A DNA stretch of 63,986 nucleotides, counting the filler, from Lenisia limosa (taxonomy: Eukaryota; Protista; Breviatea): the NCBI GenBank assembly GCA_001655205.1. It is 14 parts of 14 records of this genome, joined end to end, with 100 filler letters (N's around TTAATTAATTAA, not from the genome) between each part and the next. Parts side by side here need not be neighbours in the genome. Positions count along the whole stretch, not along the records: positions 1 to 27,100 come from LPNZ01007683.1; 13 more parts are not named here. One strand, given 5' to 3'. Shown in pieces: positions 1-14,300 of the stretch; positions within the stretch are counted from its first letter, which is position 1, and each line of letters opens with the position of its first letter. Under the pieces are notes generated by a model, which saw only the letters and a list, made by a program, of their open reading frames with translations, had not been told where the DNA came from and searched no databases. Position numbers and translations under genes: made by a program.

Positions 1-620
1 AGAGCCGAAATGATCTTGTCATAAGTACCGTTTCGCTTGATGGAGCCTTGGCCGAAGGTAAGAAGGACCTGGAAGAGGTGAAGAAGGAATATATACACTA
101 TACGATATAATAGACATTTAATATATACAATGACCGCGAAAACTTAGATAAAGCTCAATTATCGAGGTCAGTGAATTCCTTCAATGGAAAGGGTTTCTAA
201 TAACTATGGAATGGAGGACTTGAAAGAGATAAAAAGAAAGCTTGGTATTACTATTGTACATAATATATCTATAACATGATGTGATATGAATAATGATATG
301 GTGATTTGGGGGAAAAGGGTGCAACTATGTATTCTTGCAAGCCTATTTCACTTAGGAAACAAACAACCACGTTTTTGAATTAAGATAGTAGTTTTCTATA
401 TTTGGATCAAGATAAACTCTTATTCCTAGATGTCAAAAAAGTAGACTCATATGACCTCATCATCACATCAGCTGCATTTCCCCATAGTAAATCCTGACCC
501 ACTTGTGACGGGAATCCTACAACAGACCTTAGCATCTTTGGGCACGGCCTTGGCAAGTTCGGTAACACGGTCTTCGCCAAAGATCACCTCAACTGGATTG
601 TAAAAATCAAAGGATCTCAT
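1..620 (-). CDS. Iron-containing NAD(P)H alcohol dehydrogenase, YqhD/butanol-dehydrogenase-like; first two exons (528-620, 1-68), 3' truncated by window edge
   Basis: Spliced translation MRSFDFYNPVEVIFGEDRVTELAKAVPKDAK|VLLTFGQGSIKRNGTYDKIISAL resembles the YqhD N-terminus (F..P..I.FG; VL.T.G.GS.K..G). Phase-0 GT-AG intron at 69-527. Confidence 0.85.
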
Positions 621-2313
621 TTCGTTTGTTCTCGTTGTTTCTCAGACTTCTGGGCTTCAGCTTTCTCTTTTAGCTTTTGGGACTACAATAATACTTCTAT
701 CCAGCAGCAAATAATTTCTGAAATCCCCGAAAAAAACAAATACAAATTTTGGGTTGTTTTATGTAGCAAATGTAACTAATATTATTTCTTATTTGGGTTT
801 CAAAAATTCCAAATAAGCCATCAAACCAAAAACTATTTTGTACAATGGAGCGACAACCCAGTCCGGACTTTTTCAGACATCCAGTCCGGACTTTTTGTTT
901 TTTTAACCTAAAATTATTATTATACAATTTTTGGGAAATTTTCGACATCGAATTTGCGCGTGCCAAAATATTATCGCTAACTTCTAACGATTAGCGCTAA
1001 AATCAGTTCTAATCTGGTGACCCTATAGGTGGAATATACACATTATACATACATATCTAGCATGCTAATATGTATTATATCGGTGTAAAAAATTATTATA
1101 CGTTTGTACGCCTCCACCATGCCCGCTCACATAAAATTGGGCCTTGCTTTTGGGAGAGAGCCCATACGCCTCTGTTGGTGCCGGTGCCGCGTCTTGTTTC
1201 AATAACATATCTTATGTCGATTGTTGGAATGTGTCTGTTGGATATGTTGGACCCCACCCTTAATTTTTCAATGCTTCTATTTGTTGATTATTCACTTACC
1301 ATTCCGGGTGTACCGCTTAAAACCTTGCTAATGATCATAATGTAATTTTGATGGTAATTGTGATGCTATTTTTATTTCTCATTTCTATAATATAAAAAAC
1401 TATTCCCCTATCAACGTGTTACGAGATAGCTGAGGTTAGTCAAAATTCATTTGAAATGTCAATTGAAACCCATTCTCTAGGGGACTGATGAATGGGGGAG
1501 ACTAAATCTCAAAATGGTATTAGTAGAGCTATGTTTTGAAAGGGTAATCCAAAATAGGCACTTTTACTAAAACAATACATCTTTTGAATCAAATCTCAAT
1601 CAAGTAATAATATCACTATGACGCATCGACGGTTTTTCTGAACGTTGGAATTCCATTTTTTACATGGGAACCCCATGGAATTTTAGTATTTTTTTGGGAT
1701 TCCCAAATAATATATGGAAATCCCAAGTCGATGCGCCGGTGATACTCCACAGGGTAATTTTGGGTTTGCCGGCATTTCCATGGTCACCACAGAGATACCA
1801 AGACAATCTTGGAATTTCCAGGATATACCATGGTCTTTCTGAAAATTCTGAACGACAAAGAAAAAAATTCGACTTGGGGACCATAGATCTACCAATTACA
1901 TTTGCTGACATCAAATGAATCACATTGAACATGGCAACCGACGCACTTTAGAATATCATATTATATATTATAGTCAGTAACGTTTCAAGATGCTATTCTA
2001 AGGATTGTTCAGAGATCGAGCGTTTTGCGCGCGGGTACAAATTTGCAAATTTTCACTTTTCCAGATTCCAGATTTCTTCAAATATCTAAACTAGAGAACG
2101 GGTTTTATTGACTTCTAATTCTACCCAAAATAATACTAATAACAGCCGGAAACAAACACACACCACAAACGCGAACCCAAATTAGCCTAAAGTAGAAAAC
2201 TCCGAACTGTCAATTGCCAACTAAAGTGTGAAGCTGGCATCTCATTTGAGGAGGAAATAGGGTGGAGAAAGGAAATAAAATTAGGTTGTACGTGTATAGA
2301 GCCTCCCATCCAC

Positions 2314-5300
2314 TCAAACATCTAATTCGCATCCCTTGTTCTTCACAGCTGCTCTTCCCTCCTACACAGGTTAGTTTGAGATGGTATTCTTCATAGATAA
2401 TAATAAAAAAATGATAACAATGAGAAATAAAAAACAGGGTTGTATCGGCCGAAGCCGTCCACACTATCACGCTTGATATAATGAATCTTGTATAATATTA
2501 ATTCACCTATTCATTTGCCTTACAACTTTGTGCACACAGCTTTGTAAGTGCCTCCCCAGCATAAACAATAGTATATATTAATGAATACACAATTAATGAA
2601 TATAATCTGGTAATTGCAAAACCCAGCCACCCAATAGACTGCAATTACAGTGGCAAAAGGCGTTGATATGAGTAACGTCAAAAGAGCAATTGTAGCCAAA
2701 GTGTCGGAACTGTGGGCGGTAGCGTCTCCCTGTCTTGTTAAAATGCGGGGAATAAAGGGATTGGACAGGGGAATAAAGGGTATCAAGGGATTATTTGAGC
2801 GTATATAGTAGGGCTCCATGCAATTAATTGAAAATAATTTCACAATGTGAAGTCGGAGTTGTCACAGTGCAAATTGTGGACTACACCTATATCATCAACT
2901 ATTGTATCGGAACAATACGGTCCGCCCTCTCACATTTTCATCAACAAAGAGTGGTGCTGAGCAGAGTACCAAAAAGTTGATTGCTGGGGGTGGGGGGTTA
3001 GAAGGCTCGTTGTGTACAGTTAAAACTCCGGATCTTTATGATACTAGTTTCAAGAGAGACTTTCCTGCAAACAAAGCCGCCTACACATCAAAGCAGCGTC
3101 CAGGATGGTGAGCGATCGAGACAAATAGGGGCTTGCAACAAGGGTTGCAGCTATGCTCAGAACAAGGACGGTCGTCAGTAGCATGACCTTGGAGAATGAA
3201 TCAATAAATACTAAGAGTGAAAAAATAACAATCATACATAATATATGTATAGTCAAAGCTCCGGACATCATTCAAAATTCCCGGACACATCAAAACTCCC
3301 GGACAGCTTGAGTTTTTCATACAAAATCACCATAAACCACCTAGAAACCCTATTTCCTTTCTGTTTTTGAAAGTAATCTCAATCTTAATCAAATAATGAA
3401 ACAATGTAACATATTATCGTGTCAGAACCAAATTAAGTCCCTAAGCTCTCTATTAACGGTCCTAAAACGGTCAAAAACAAGCAAAAACCGTAATAAAAGG
3501 CCACATTCAAGGAATAAATGGCAACTATCCGGGAAAGTTTACCGCTGTAGACNNNNNNNNNNCTTAACACTAATAAGATTCAGAAAAAAATCCTGTGAAA
3601 AGGCAAAAGGGGGACCCCCGGGAGACCAAATTCACGGATTTTTGACACTTGCTCAAAATTGAAAAACAAAGTTAGGGAACATTAGGAGGTCCATTTCTCT
3701 ATGTATCTGTCGAAGCATTTTTCAAAAACACAAGCAATGGCCTATACAAGGTGTCAACTTCAAGCTGTCCGGGAGTTTTGATGTGTCCGGGAATTTTGAA
3801 TGATGTCCGGAGCTTTGAGGACCCACATATACTATTTATACATAGTATATGATATATACATACTACATGTATGTATGTATGTACATGTATGTCGTCTTCA
3901 GAGGGTAATACACAAACCAATGCCAAAAATGCTTGGGAAAAAAAAACAAAGGGGGGGGGGTATTGAATTAAATACGATATAACATATTTTATAGTAATTA
4001 TACATGTATATATTATGATATATATATTATATATATCGATATCTGTNNNNNNNNNNNNNNNNNNNNNNNNNNNNNNNNNNNNNNNNNNNNNNNNNNNNNN
4101 NNNNNNNNAAACCTGAACATTTGGATCCGAAGAAAACACACGCATTGCACACACAATGGCTAAGGACCTAAATCGTCAGGATATAACTAATACATATGAT
4201 ATTATTCGGTCCGATCATAGTATCCAAAATTGTCAGGAATAATCGAGAAATTCAGTAATTATATTACGGGTGAGGCTTCACTTCGGTTCATATTTTTAGA
4301 TAAATCTTCGAAAATTATCAATATTTACGGTATCTGTCGAACCGAAGTGAAGCCCTATTTACGGGATAGTTGGGAATCCCAAGGTATCATGAGAAAAAGG
4401 CCTGAAAACATTATTATCTATTAAGAGGTGATATTTCTTGGGTTTCCCCAGAATTGCCTTTCAAACCTGAGCATTAGTGTCACTTCCCAGAGGTAGTAGT
4501 CAGGGTTGAATCGGACGTAGAGGAAAGCCGTTCTAATAGGGTAAGGCAAGGGAACGGTGGGAATTTCAAGGAACTGGTCCGCATATATTGCCCCTCTACC
4601 ACCACAATAAATAAAAATCAGTGTATCCTCCCCGAATTAACTCCATTACCAGAATAAATGAATACCCCCCTCCCCCGGCCCAACGCTTTCAAGCTTTCTT
4701 GGTCATAGAGTACGTCCTTTGNNNNNNNNNNNNNNNNNNNNNNNNNNNNNNNNNNNNNNNNNNNNNNNNNNNNNNNAGGGGCAGATAATGAACAAAACAA
4801 AGGCAATAATGAAGGGCAGCAGCACCGCTTGATGGTCACCCTCAAAGCATTTGATTGAAGGATCTGGAATGTAAATCAGCAGCTTGATGGAATGTGTGGA
4901 ATGTGAATCAGCAGCTTGATGGTGGATATGATAACATGAAAACAAAGAGAATTTTGGCGATTAAGTTAACAGCTGTATGTTTAAGGGATTGGAAAGTCAC
5001 ATTTGTTTTGAATAGCTTTCGCCTTCCTGGTTTATGAAGATGGACACTGTTGTCGAATTCGTCTACATGATTCTTTTGTCTGATGAATGAGGCAATGACA
5101 CGACTTATGTGTGTGTACATTCCTACGCGGAACTTCTCAACCTCGAGAAAATGTATCAATCGTATATTGATGCCGGACTGGTTTGTATTTTGTAAATTTT
5201 CTTGGAGTTTAATTGTCTTTTTTTGTGCCTGAAATGCTAATAGAATTCTGTTCCTTAATAATACAAAAAGAGGGTCAGGCCTTATCTCTACTCAAGAAAA

Positions 5301-8300
5301 TATTGGAAACGTTAGGTTTGTTTTGAATAATCTGCATAGGTTGCTACCGTTCACGGTTCAACATTCGGATGGAAGTTCTTCGTCTTCTAAAGAACCCTCT
5401 TACAAAATCCGTATTATCTTTGCGTCTATTTTTCCTGAAACGGTGTAGTAATGATGAAGATACAAGGATGGGAAAGGCCCGCGAGAGGACTCCAGTGGTA
5501 CCGAGGAGTAAGGGCGAGAGTATGTTGTTTGCTCAGTTTAATTAATTAAATTGCCTCTTCATTATTTGGCAAACGTAGCGTAGTCACCAGCTCCATACAC
5601 TCACAGTTTTAGCACAATGGACGAACTCCGGCATTACGAGCAAAACCTGACGGCTTCCGTACCTGCACAGTTTTGGGGAGATGTCATTTCTATGTATTTG
5701 TGATTAATATGAGCAGTTGGCTGCAAGTATGTTTCCGTTGATAATCAAAATTATGAACTTACAGAGATTCTTTGTTCTTACAATTTCGGACAAATGATGG
5801 ACTGCCACATGCGCACATGAACCGCACTACCCACGCTGGAGTTGCAACTTACCTGCGAAAGCATGGCAAAAAACTGTGGGTTGAAATCATATTATATACA
5901 CGTAAGTTTTTGTAATTATAGTCCATATATATATAACCTTTCAGGCCAATGTCAGAAGAGAACTTAACATCACTTGTCATAACTTCTACCAATTCTGTCA
6001 CACCACAAAGCATCCGCCACACACAACGAAAGAGGCTACGGTAAACGTGAATTTGATCCCAGCGTCATTCAGGAACATGNNNNNNNNNNCCAGGATGGCC
6101 AACTTTTTCGTGGCCCTGAATACCCAAGATATGATGACCCAATTCACACTGCTTCGTCCCACCCATCTGTCTCAGCTTGGCTCACTCTGGACTTAGGAAA
6201 TTTCAGCCGATACAGCCAGCCACAAACAAACTGCTGAAGTCAGGACTGAACTCCAGACAGGCCTTCCAATCGGATCTCTTGAAGATGAATCAGCCATTGT
6301 CAATCGTGCGTTGACCATATTACCCACTGTTTCGGAAGATGACAAGCCTATTGCAAAGGTATTTACATCAGCCCTTGGCTCCTTCGGGAACCTTTTCAAC
6401 TTGACACCCCTGTAACTGCAACTGGCCGCCGAATTCACCGCAATTGAATCTGATTGTGATAAAGAACTTCTGATGAGCTGTGCATCTGCAACATCGTCTT
6501 CTTTACAACTGGGACCCATCTCAAGTCTCCGGTCTAATATCGGGGTTTACCACCTTTAAGACGGCGAGACCCTAATCAAGCCATCGTACCCAAATCAGCC
6601 ATCCCCCCCCCCCCCNNNNNNNNNNNNNNNNNNNNNNNNNNNNNNNNNNNNNNNNNNNNNNNNNNNNNNNNNNNNNNNNNNNNNNNNNNNNNNNNNNNNN
6701 NNNNNNNNNNNNNNNNNNNNNNNNNNNNNNNNNNNNNNNNNNNNNNNNNNNNNNNNNNNNNNNNNNNNNNNNNNNNNNNNNNNNNNNNNNNNNNNNNNNN
6801 NNNNNNNNNNCTTGTTTACACCTTGTCAGTGTTATTAGTATTATAACATGTATTGTAGGCAAAACCTGCACCCAAGACTCGGGGAAGACCTAAGAAGGCT
6901 GCAAAAATCTGAAAATTGTAGTTTTTGTTTTGGTAAATGTAAAAGAATAGTCCAATGGGCATTTTTTCAATTCTGGCAGAATTGTTTTGAATAATCTTAA
7001 AGCCAGTCAGATTATTGGGCAAGGAAATAGTTCTATTTACTTAAAGAGACAATAATATGAATATAAAAACGACAGATGTAAAAATGGACCCCTTTTAGAG
7101 ACTCGAGGACTGCTTTTGATGACGGAGAAATCATCTCACCGATTCAAGTAGGCTTTATGTCACGTTCTTCTCATCCTTTAGGATCGCTTACACCATATCT
7201 CGACTGGCTAGGATTTTTTGTTGTGTGTTTTTTTTCAACGAAAATGAATTTGATAACTTAACCGCCATAATGATGGATTGAGAAGGGATAATTAATACGA
7301 GAAGAGAAAAGGGATAATTAATACGAAAAGAGAAAAGGGATAATTAATACAAAAAGAGAAAAGGGTTCATAGTAGATAAGGCAGTTGACCTTACCATTAA
7401 CCAATCTCATGGACCCATCATCTTCCTCCGAACAATCCAAATAGGACAATGTGTTCAGCGCCTGAAAGGTGAACATAAACTTGTTTGAAACTGAAAAAGA
7501 GTGCAGTATGACCTTGTTTTTGAGAACAAGAGGAGTAACATGCACAAAATAAAATCAAGTAAAACATGAGAGCTTCACTTTTGCTTCCAAAACAAGACTG
7601 AATCCCGGATAAATCTTCAATAAATATCGATACTGATACAATTATTTGGAACTGACAGTGAAGCTCTAAAAAAAAAACACTCATGGGTTTTCGTGAAGTA
7701 AGTATGTACTACAAACCTGTCCAAAGAAGGCCACAACTGTAATGAGAAGAGTTGACCGTTTCATGGCTCTCCTATGGACTGTTATACCAGGAAATGTATA
7801 ATTTAAAACATTTGCTGCTTGCATGTCTTTGGAGGAAGAAACCGCATTCAGAGAGATTTCCATCGTTTTATTTGTATTCTGTGCAAATATTTTGAACAAA
7901 AATAAAATAAAAAAAATGAATGAGACATATTAATACTAGAACTTCGTCACTGAAAATATACATATTACATGTAGCATGTTGATTAATTTGTTAACTAATT
8001 ATTCTGACTGCCTCTATTCGAGCCCACAATGAAGCGTCCTTGTCAACCGTGATCATCACCAGCCCGGCAATGACAGCAACAACAAGAGCTAATGGCAGGG
8101 CACAGAGAGTCAGCAGGTAGGTCTGTAGTGAGAAGTACGGTGAGTGGGTGGGTGGTAAAATGTCGGACGTATACATAATATGATGTATTATGTCAGTGTT
8201 TGGTCAGGTTCGGGTTAGGGTTTCACTCTGGTCTAAAAAAGATCTATAAAAATCGAGAGAATTTCAGTCTTTTTTAAACTGAAGTGAAACCCTAGTTCGG

Positions 8301-11300
8301 TTAGAGTTGGAACCACTATGTCGGTTTCCGTTATAAGGGGTGAAGCAACAAAAAGGTCAGGATGAAGTGCAACATGAGAGAAAACAGATGCAACGATTGT
8401 CTCAGTTGCTCACGTTTTGGTAATTGAGTCCACCAAGTCCGCATTCAGGTCGGGTATACTAAAAATGGTTAATAGATTGACAACATAAAAAAACAGCTGC
8501 GAGTTTTCTCATTTCTTTTTGGGTATTGATCAAATATTGTATCTTTTTCCACAATATCAAATTATTTTAGAGAAGAAGCTCAGCGTACTTGGAAGTTGAA
8601 GTTGATCAGAGAAAGAGCCTGTAACGCGTCTTGGAATTCCTTAGGCCAGTGCACCTGAATTGAGGCGTACAATGCAACAGCCTGATAGTAAGTATGGTAG
8701 CTAGGGCTTCACACTCTGGACAAAAAAAGATCGGAAAACTATTGAAATATTTCGATAATTTATCAAGAAATTCAGTAAACCCTTCATTCAATATTTCAAT
8801 CCAAAAGTTGGACATATGATCATATCACAGCGGATATGGGTCAACATTCCAACTTGATAATCGGTCATCATAACACTAGTAGATATGGGTCAAAATCCCC
8901 CCCCCCCCCCNNNNNNNNNNNNNNNNNNNNNNNNNNNNNNNNNNNNNNNNNNNNNNNNNNNNNNNNNNNNNNNNNNNNNNNNNNNNNNNNNNNNNNNNNN
9001 NNNNNNNNNNNNNNNNNNNNNNNNNNNNNNNNNNNNNNNNNNNAGTTGAAATAGTAGGGTTCCAGCTGGTAGCAAAGATCAGGAGGGCAACAACACTGAC
9101 AAGAATAACTAAAAGAGTCAGAGTTAATAAGAATATTTGGTTACTCTTAATTTTGGAATGGTATTGGGCTCATTATATAGCTATGTATGTATATGCTGAC
9201 CGCGATAAGTCCTGACACGATAAGCTATATTTTGCCAATGGTGAGGACTCATCGCAGTCAGTGTACATGGCAGTAATTCCCACTAGATTACATTTATCAT
9301 TGTGCCATTGTATTCAAAAATATGGTATTACTCCCGGTTCCTACTGTACAAGTAGATAGCAAGATCTGAAACGCCTGAGCACTCGAAACACTCATCATCG
9401 AGACGATAGAATCCCGATTCACACTTTCCGCAGATAAAGCCCTTTTGAAAGTAAAAAAAAATATAACAAAACAGTGCAAAATGTATTGTTACAAAGCACT
9501 TCAAAAAATAGTAATTGACCCCTCCCCCCTCCCTAACCCTGCCAATATTANNNNNNNNNNNNNNNNNNNNNNNNNNNNNNNNNNNNNNNNNNNNNNNNAG
9601 CCGACAGCACAATTTGAGTCTCCGACACAACCTGAAGTGCCGCTAGGACACGCAATGAAGACCGTGTCTGCTGGGTAAGACTTTGTTTTTTGGACAAAAG
9701 AAGATATGAATCTAGGCAGTACAAGATGCGTGATTTTTTCTGAAAAGATGGGTGATCCTTGTTGTCTTGTACAAGAAAAGATGTTAGGTAACACTATTTA
9801 GAACATAAAAGATATGATGATTTTGTACATTAAAAGATGGGTGACACCTTTTTGTAATATAAAAGATGGTTGGTACTTGTTATTTTGAACAATAAAGCAG
9901 TTGGCTTGATTTCATGTGTGACCCCTACCCACCATTTCCTGATACTGAGGCATAGAATCCCTCTTGTGCAACCGGGGTTGCCAGCTAAACCATGTCAGAA
10001 GAAAATAATAAAAAAGACTCATCATACTATCACTTTTTGGGTTATTGTCACAAGTGTGAACTATCTTTTTCCACGCAGTGTTATGACTCATTCCACTCGT
10101 ATGCTAATTGACAAACAAGTCTCATCAATGCTACTCTTACACCCGGGGTGACTCCAAAGTCGGTGGGTCATATGCTCATAGATCATATCACTCGTGGATA
10201 CGGCTCAATTTATTCTTAACAATTGTGGAAACGGGAAAAAGCATATCAACCCCCCCCCCCTTACATAGCCAGCGCATTGAGCTCCATCAGGGCATTTGGT
10301 GCATTCTGGCGACTCCAGGGGGTTAGCCTCAAAACTTTCCAGGTAATATCCAGCCCTGCAGCGGCAACTGCAACTTGGTCAAAAGATCAAAGGTGTGTCA
10401 TGACATNNNNNNNNNNNNNNNNNNNNNNNNNNNNNNNNNNNNNNNNNNNNNNNNNNNNNNNNNNNNNNNNNNNNNNNNNNNNNNNNNNNNNNNNNNNNNN
10501 NNNNNNNNNNNNNNNNNNNNNNNNNNNNNNNNNNNNNNNNNNNNNNNNNNNNNACACAGCACCAGCCCTCGGACTCCCCATTGGTTGTGGCTCCAGATGA
10601 AAGGGTTTCGGTAGAGGAATGGCATGGAATACACTCCGTTACTGGGGCAAATGACGGTCGGAAGAACGTAGGCTCGCAGAGCTGTCGTGTAAACTATGTT
10701 AGAATAGGGTTTCACTTCGTTTCGGTCCGGTTACATACTACAGTTTATCCCGCTGTTCTAATATATAGATATATAAAAAAAAATCACAATATTACGACAA
10801 TCCTGACCTTATACTATCCTTCTTCGTCTCATCCTATCTAGTACCTTCATTCCAAATCAATCTGCCCATTCCAGCCCCTACCACCCTTCACTAAGATAAA
10901 TAATATATTCTTGTTCTTAAAAAAAATAAACCAAGCCCGAAACTGTCCCTCCCATCCTTGCCTTCAACCAAGTCCAATCATAAAATCGCAATACTTCAAA
11001 GCAGCCCAATCCTGTCCCACCTGACAGAGACCGGTATTGGCATTCAAAAAGGCCCCGGCAGAACAAGCGCATTCGGAGGTTGAGTTGCCAACTCGGGACG
11101 CTAAGGCTATACAGCTGCAGTCCTGAGGAAATAATTTAGGTGAAAAAGTTTTGTTTAAGAGAAATAATATGATATATACTGAAATCTAGGGAAACAAAAA
11201 AAAAAAAAAAAGGATCNNNNNNNNNNNNNNNNNNNNNNNNNNNNNNNNNNNNNNNNNNNNNNNNNNNNNNNNNNNNNNNNNNNNNNNNNNNNNNNNNNNN

Positions 11301-14300
11301 NNNNNNNNNNNNNNNNNNNNNNNNNNNNNNNNNNNNNNNNGGCAAGTTGAACAGGACTATATAGTCAGCGGAAATGGCCGAAACCGTCCACACCATCACA
11401 CTTAGAAGAGATATTGGATTACAGAATAATATTAATTCACCCAATCATTTGTCTTACAACTCTGTGCACACAGCTAGATAGTCATGATACTTAGTAGTTT
11501 TACAAAAAAAAAAAAAAAAAAAACCCCNNNNNNNNNNNNNNNNNNNNNNNNNNNNNNNNNNNNNNNNNNNNNNNNNNNNNNNNNNNNNNNNNNNNNNNNN
11601 NNNNNNNNNNNNNNNNNNNNNNNNNNNNNNNNNNNNNNNNNNNNNNNGTGTAGCCCTTATTGCAGAGGCATTCTCCTGGGAAAGGGGTAAATACGTCGAA
11701 ACGAAGTGGATTAATCCTGCGACTATTACGAAACACCGCGCACTTAATTGGGAAAGTAATTTGGAAATTTTATGAGCGACAAGTTGGAATTCCCTCTTGT
11801 CCCAAAATAGACTGAATTCTCGATAAATATCGATAAGTTGAAGGTCTTTTTCGGACAATAGGGAAGCCTTAGTGACAAGAACCTTATTGACACTTTACTT
11901 TCATATTATATTAATTGATTCCTTCAAAAAAATGTACTGAAAACAATATTCGATAAAGCTTAATTCGACATTTTATCGGTCTTTTTAGGACCGAAGTGAA
12001 GACCTCTGTCTAGCTCTCTCAGAATTGAGGCGACCTTATGTTCCTCACTAGGGCTTGCATTCGGTTCCAAAAAATATTGAATTCTCGATAAATCCTTGGT
12101 AAATATCGATATTTTACAGGGGTTTCGGAACTGAAAGTGAAGCTCCATTCCTCACCTAAGTGAACAACGGATCCTTCTCCCTGGCACATTTCACACACTC
12201 CTGATACGTCCACGGCTCCAGTACTGCAATCGTTAATTGCCACAAAGTGGATTGGAGTGAATCCCTAGTCAAAACATGTGTTTATGAAAAATGAAACGGA
12301 TGAAAAGATACAATATCCAGATGAACAATATCTTTTTGATTTGGGAAATTTGCACATACATACACATTAGCTGGATTTTAAAGGAGGGGTGGGGAGTTGG
12401 TGAAGATTGAAAAAAACACAGAATACCCCTCTCTCACATGCACTGACAGGTTGTTCCTGAGGCCACTTCCTGGAAGACTGGGCAATGACATTCTGACTGA
12501 GACTTCGCGCCACGCCTGCGTGATGTTAGAGTATTTTTGCAGTAAGTCTCCATTTAAAATAGGGAATAGGGCTTCACTTCGGTTCAAAAAAGTATTGATA
12601 TTTAATAGTGAAATATTTTACCACCCCCACCCCCCAGCAAACGTGTCCGTAATAAGGTCTCCTCCACAGCCAGTACATCCCCCNNNNNNNNNNNNNNNNN
12701 NNNNNNNNNNNNNNNNNNNNNNNNNNNNNNNNNNNNNNNNNNNNNNNNNNNNNNNNNNNNNNNNNNNNNNNNNNNNNNNNNNNNNNNNNNNNNNNNNNNN
12801 NNNNNNNNNNNNNNNNNNNNNNNNNNNNNNNNNNNNNNNNNNNNNNNNNAATCATATCGTAATATGCTCCTGAAGAAAAAAAGGAGGGATCGGACAATAA
12901 AAACAGGAGGCCACCGTAACGTCATCTCCTAACCTGGGTCACAGATGCAGTCATTTCCTTGTACGGATGTGCTGTTAGATGGGCAGGCAACACAGGTGTC
13001 AACAGACGTAGAAATCTGAGTCCCTGCAGGACACTCGCAGGTACCTATGGGGTTAGGAATTTGATGCCCCAATTAGAGCCTGCTTCACATCGGTTCGAAA
13101 AAGACCGGTAAAAATATCGATAGATTCTAGAATATATCAAGAAATGCAATCTTTTTTCGAACCGAAGTGAAGCGCCCCCCTCCGCATCACACACATTTTC
13201 TTCAACTCCTTGTACCAACATTGTCAACAAAAGCCCCACTCCCCGCGTCACACCTACTTAAACCAAAATGGTAACCATCATATATAACATACACAGTAAG
13301 GTTGCATCTGGCCGAAGCCGTCTCACCATCACGCTTATTAGAAGTATTATGTTGGATTATAGTATAAAAATTATTTCACACAATCATTTGCCTTGCAACT
13401 CTGTACACACAGCTTTCTGTGTGCCTCACTACACAATATTAACCATCATACCCATATTGTCAACAAAGCCAGGTTTGCAGGTGCAGGCAGTGGCAAGGGT
13501 TGAGCCTTCAGGAGAAGTTGTTCGTTGGGGGCAAGTCTCACATTTCTGAACAGAATCAGCTCTGTTGAATAGCGTTTGGTTGAAAATAACAAAAACAAAG
13601 CCCAAAATCAACACAAAGGTTGATAACAACAAAAAAAGCCCAGGCCAATCGCTTCAGCAGCACCGCATCCCATCACTCCAGCGGAAGTGGGGAGGGGGGG
13701 GGGCGTTCATAACCAATTATTACATTACAATCATCCGAACAATGAAATTAACGGAATGAGGAATGAATGGCAACGTTGAATATATATATATAAATAGTAT
13801 CAGCTAGTATGATATGAGAAAGTTTAAATACCTTGCTGTTTTGAAGGGAATAGGTGCCTGCAGGACACGTTGCACATTTGTTGTGCGTGGAATCGAAATA
13901 AGCACCTAATTTGATGAGAAATATCAGCTCAAATACAAATAAAGCACCCTCTTATGAAGTTACGAAAATGTAATTATATTACTTATTGCTCCACTTCGGT
14001 ATACGAAAGATAGTATTATTTGAAGATTCGCATTTTCCTTCAATAAAGAAACGTTTCTGCTTACCAGCAAGACAGATGCAGTCTTCACCTTGCTTCACTG
14101 AACTGGGGGTGTCAGAAGTGAAATAATGTAATATAAACATTTTAATATCAAGAATATGTAAATATTAATATTATCTCGATATGCAAATGGCCATATCAAG
14201 ATCGGAAACTGGCCTTGTCATATCATTTGCATGTTGTATGCCTAATCAAAGAAGCAAACTTGGGGAAAGTTGAGGCACAGTCCGCAACGTTGATTGTTCC

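Noticed and set aside
697-2000. Short ORFs at 697-966, 1070-1345 and 1660-1932
   Set aside because: AT-rich or repeat-derived with no recognisable motifs. A possible minus-strand intron near 1230-1295 does not yield an open spliced frame.
13180-13255. Possible duplicated or alternative exon (CDAGSGAFVDNV) resembling the neighbouring CKPGFVDNM exon
   Set aside because: Its entry phase is incompatible with the upstream exon as read, and the similarity is short.
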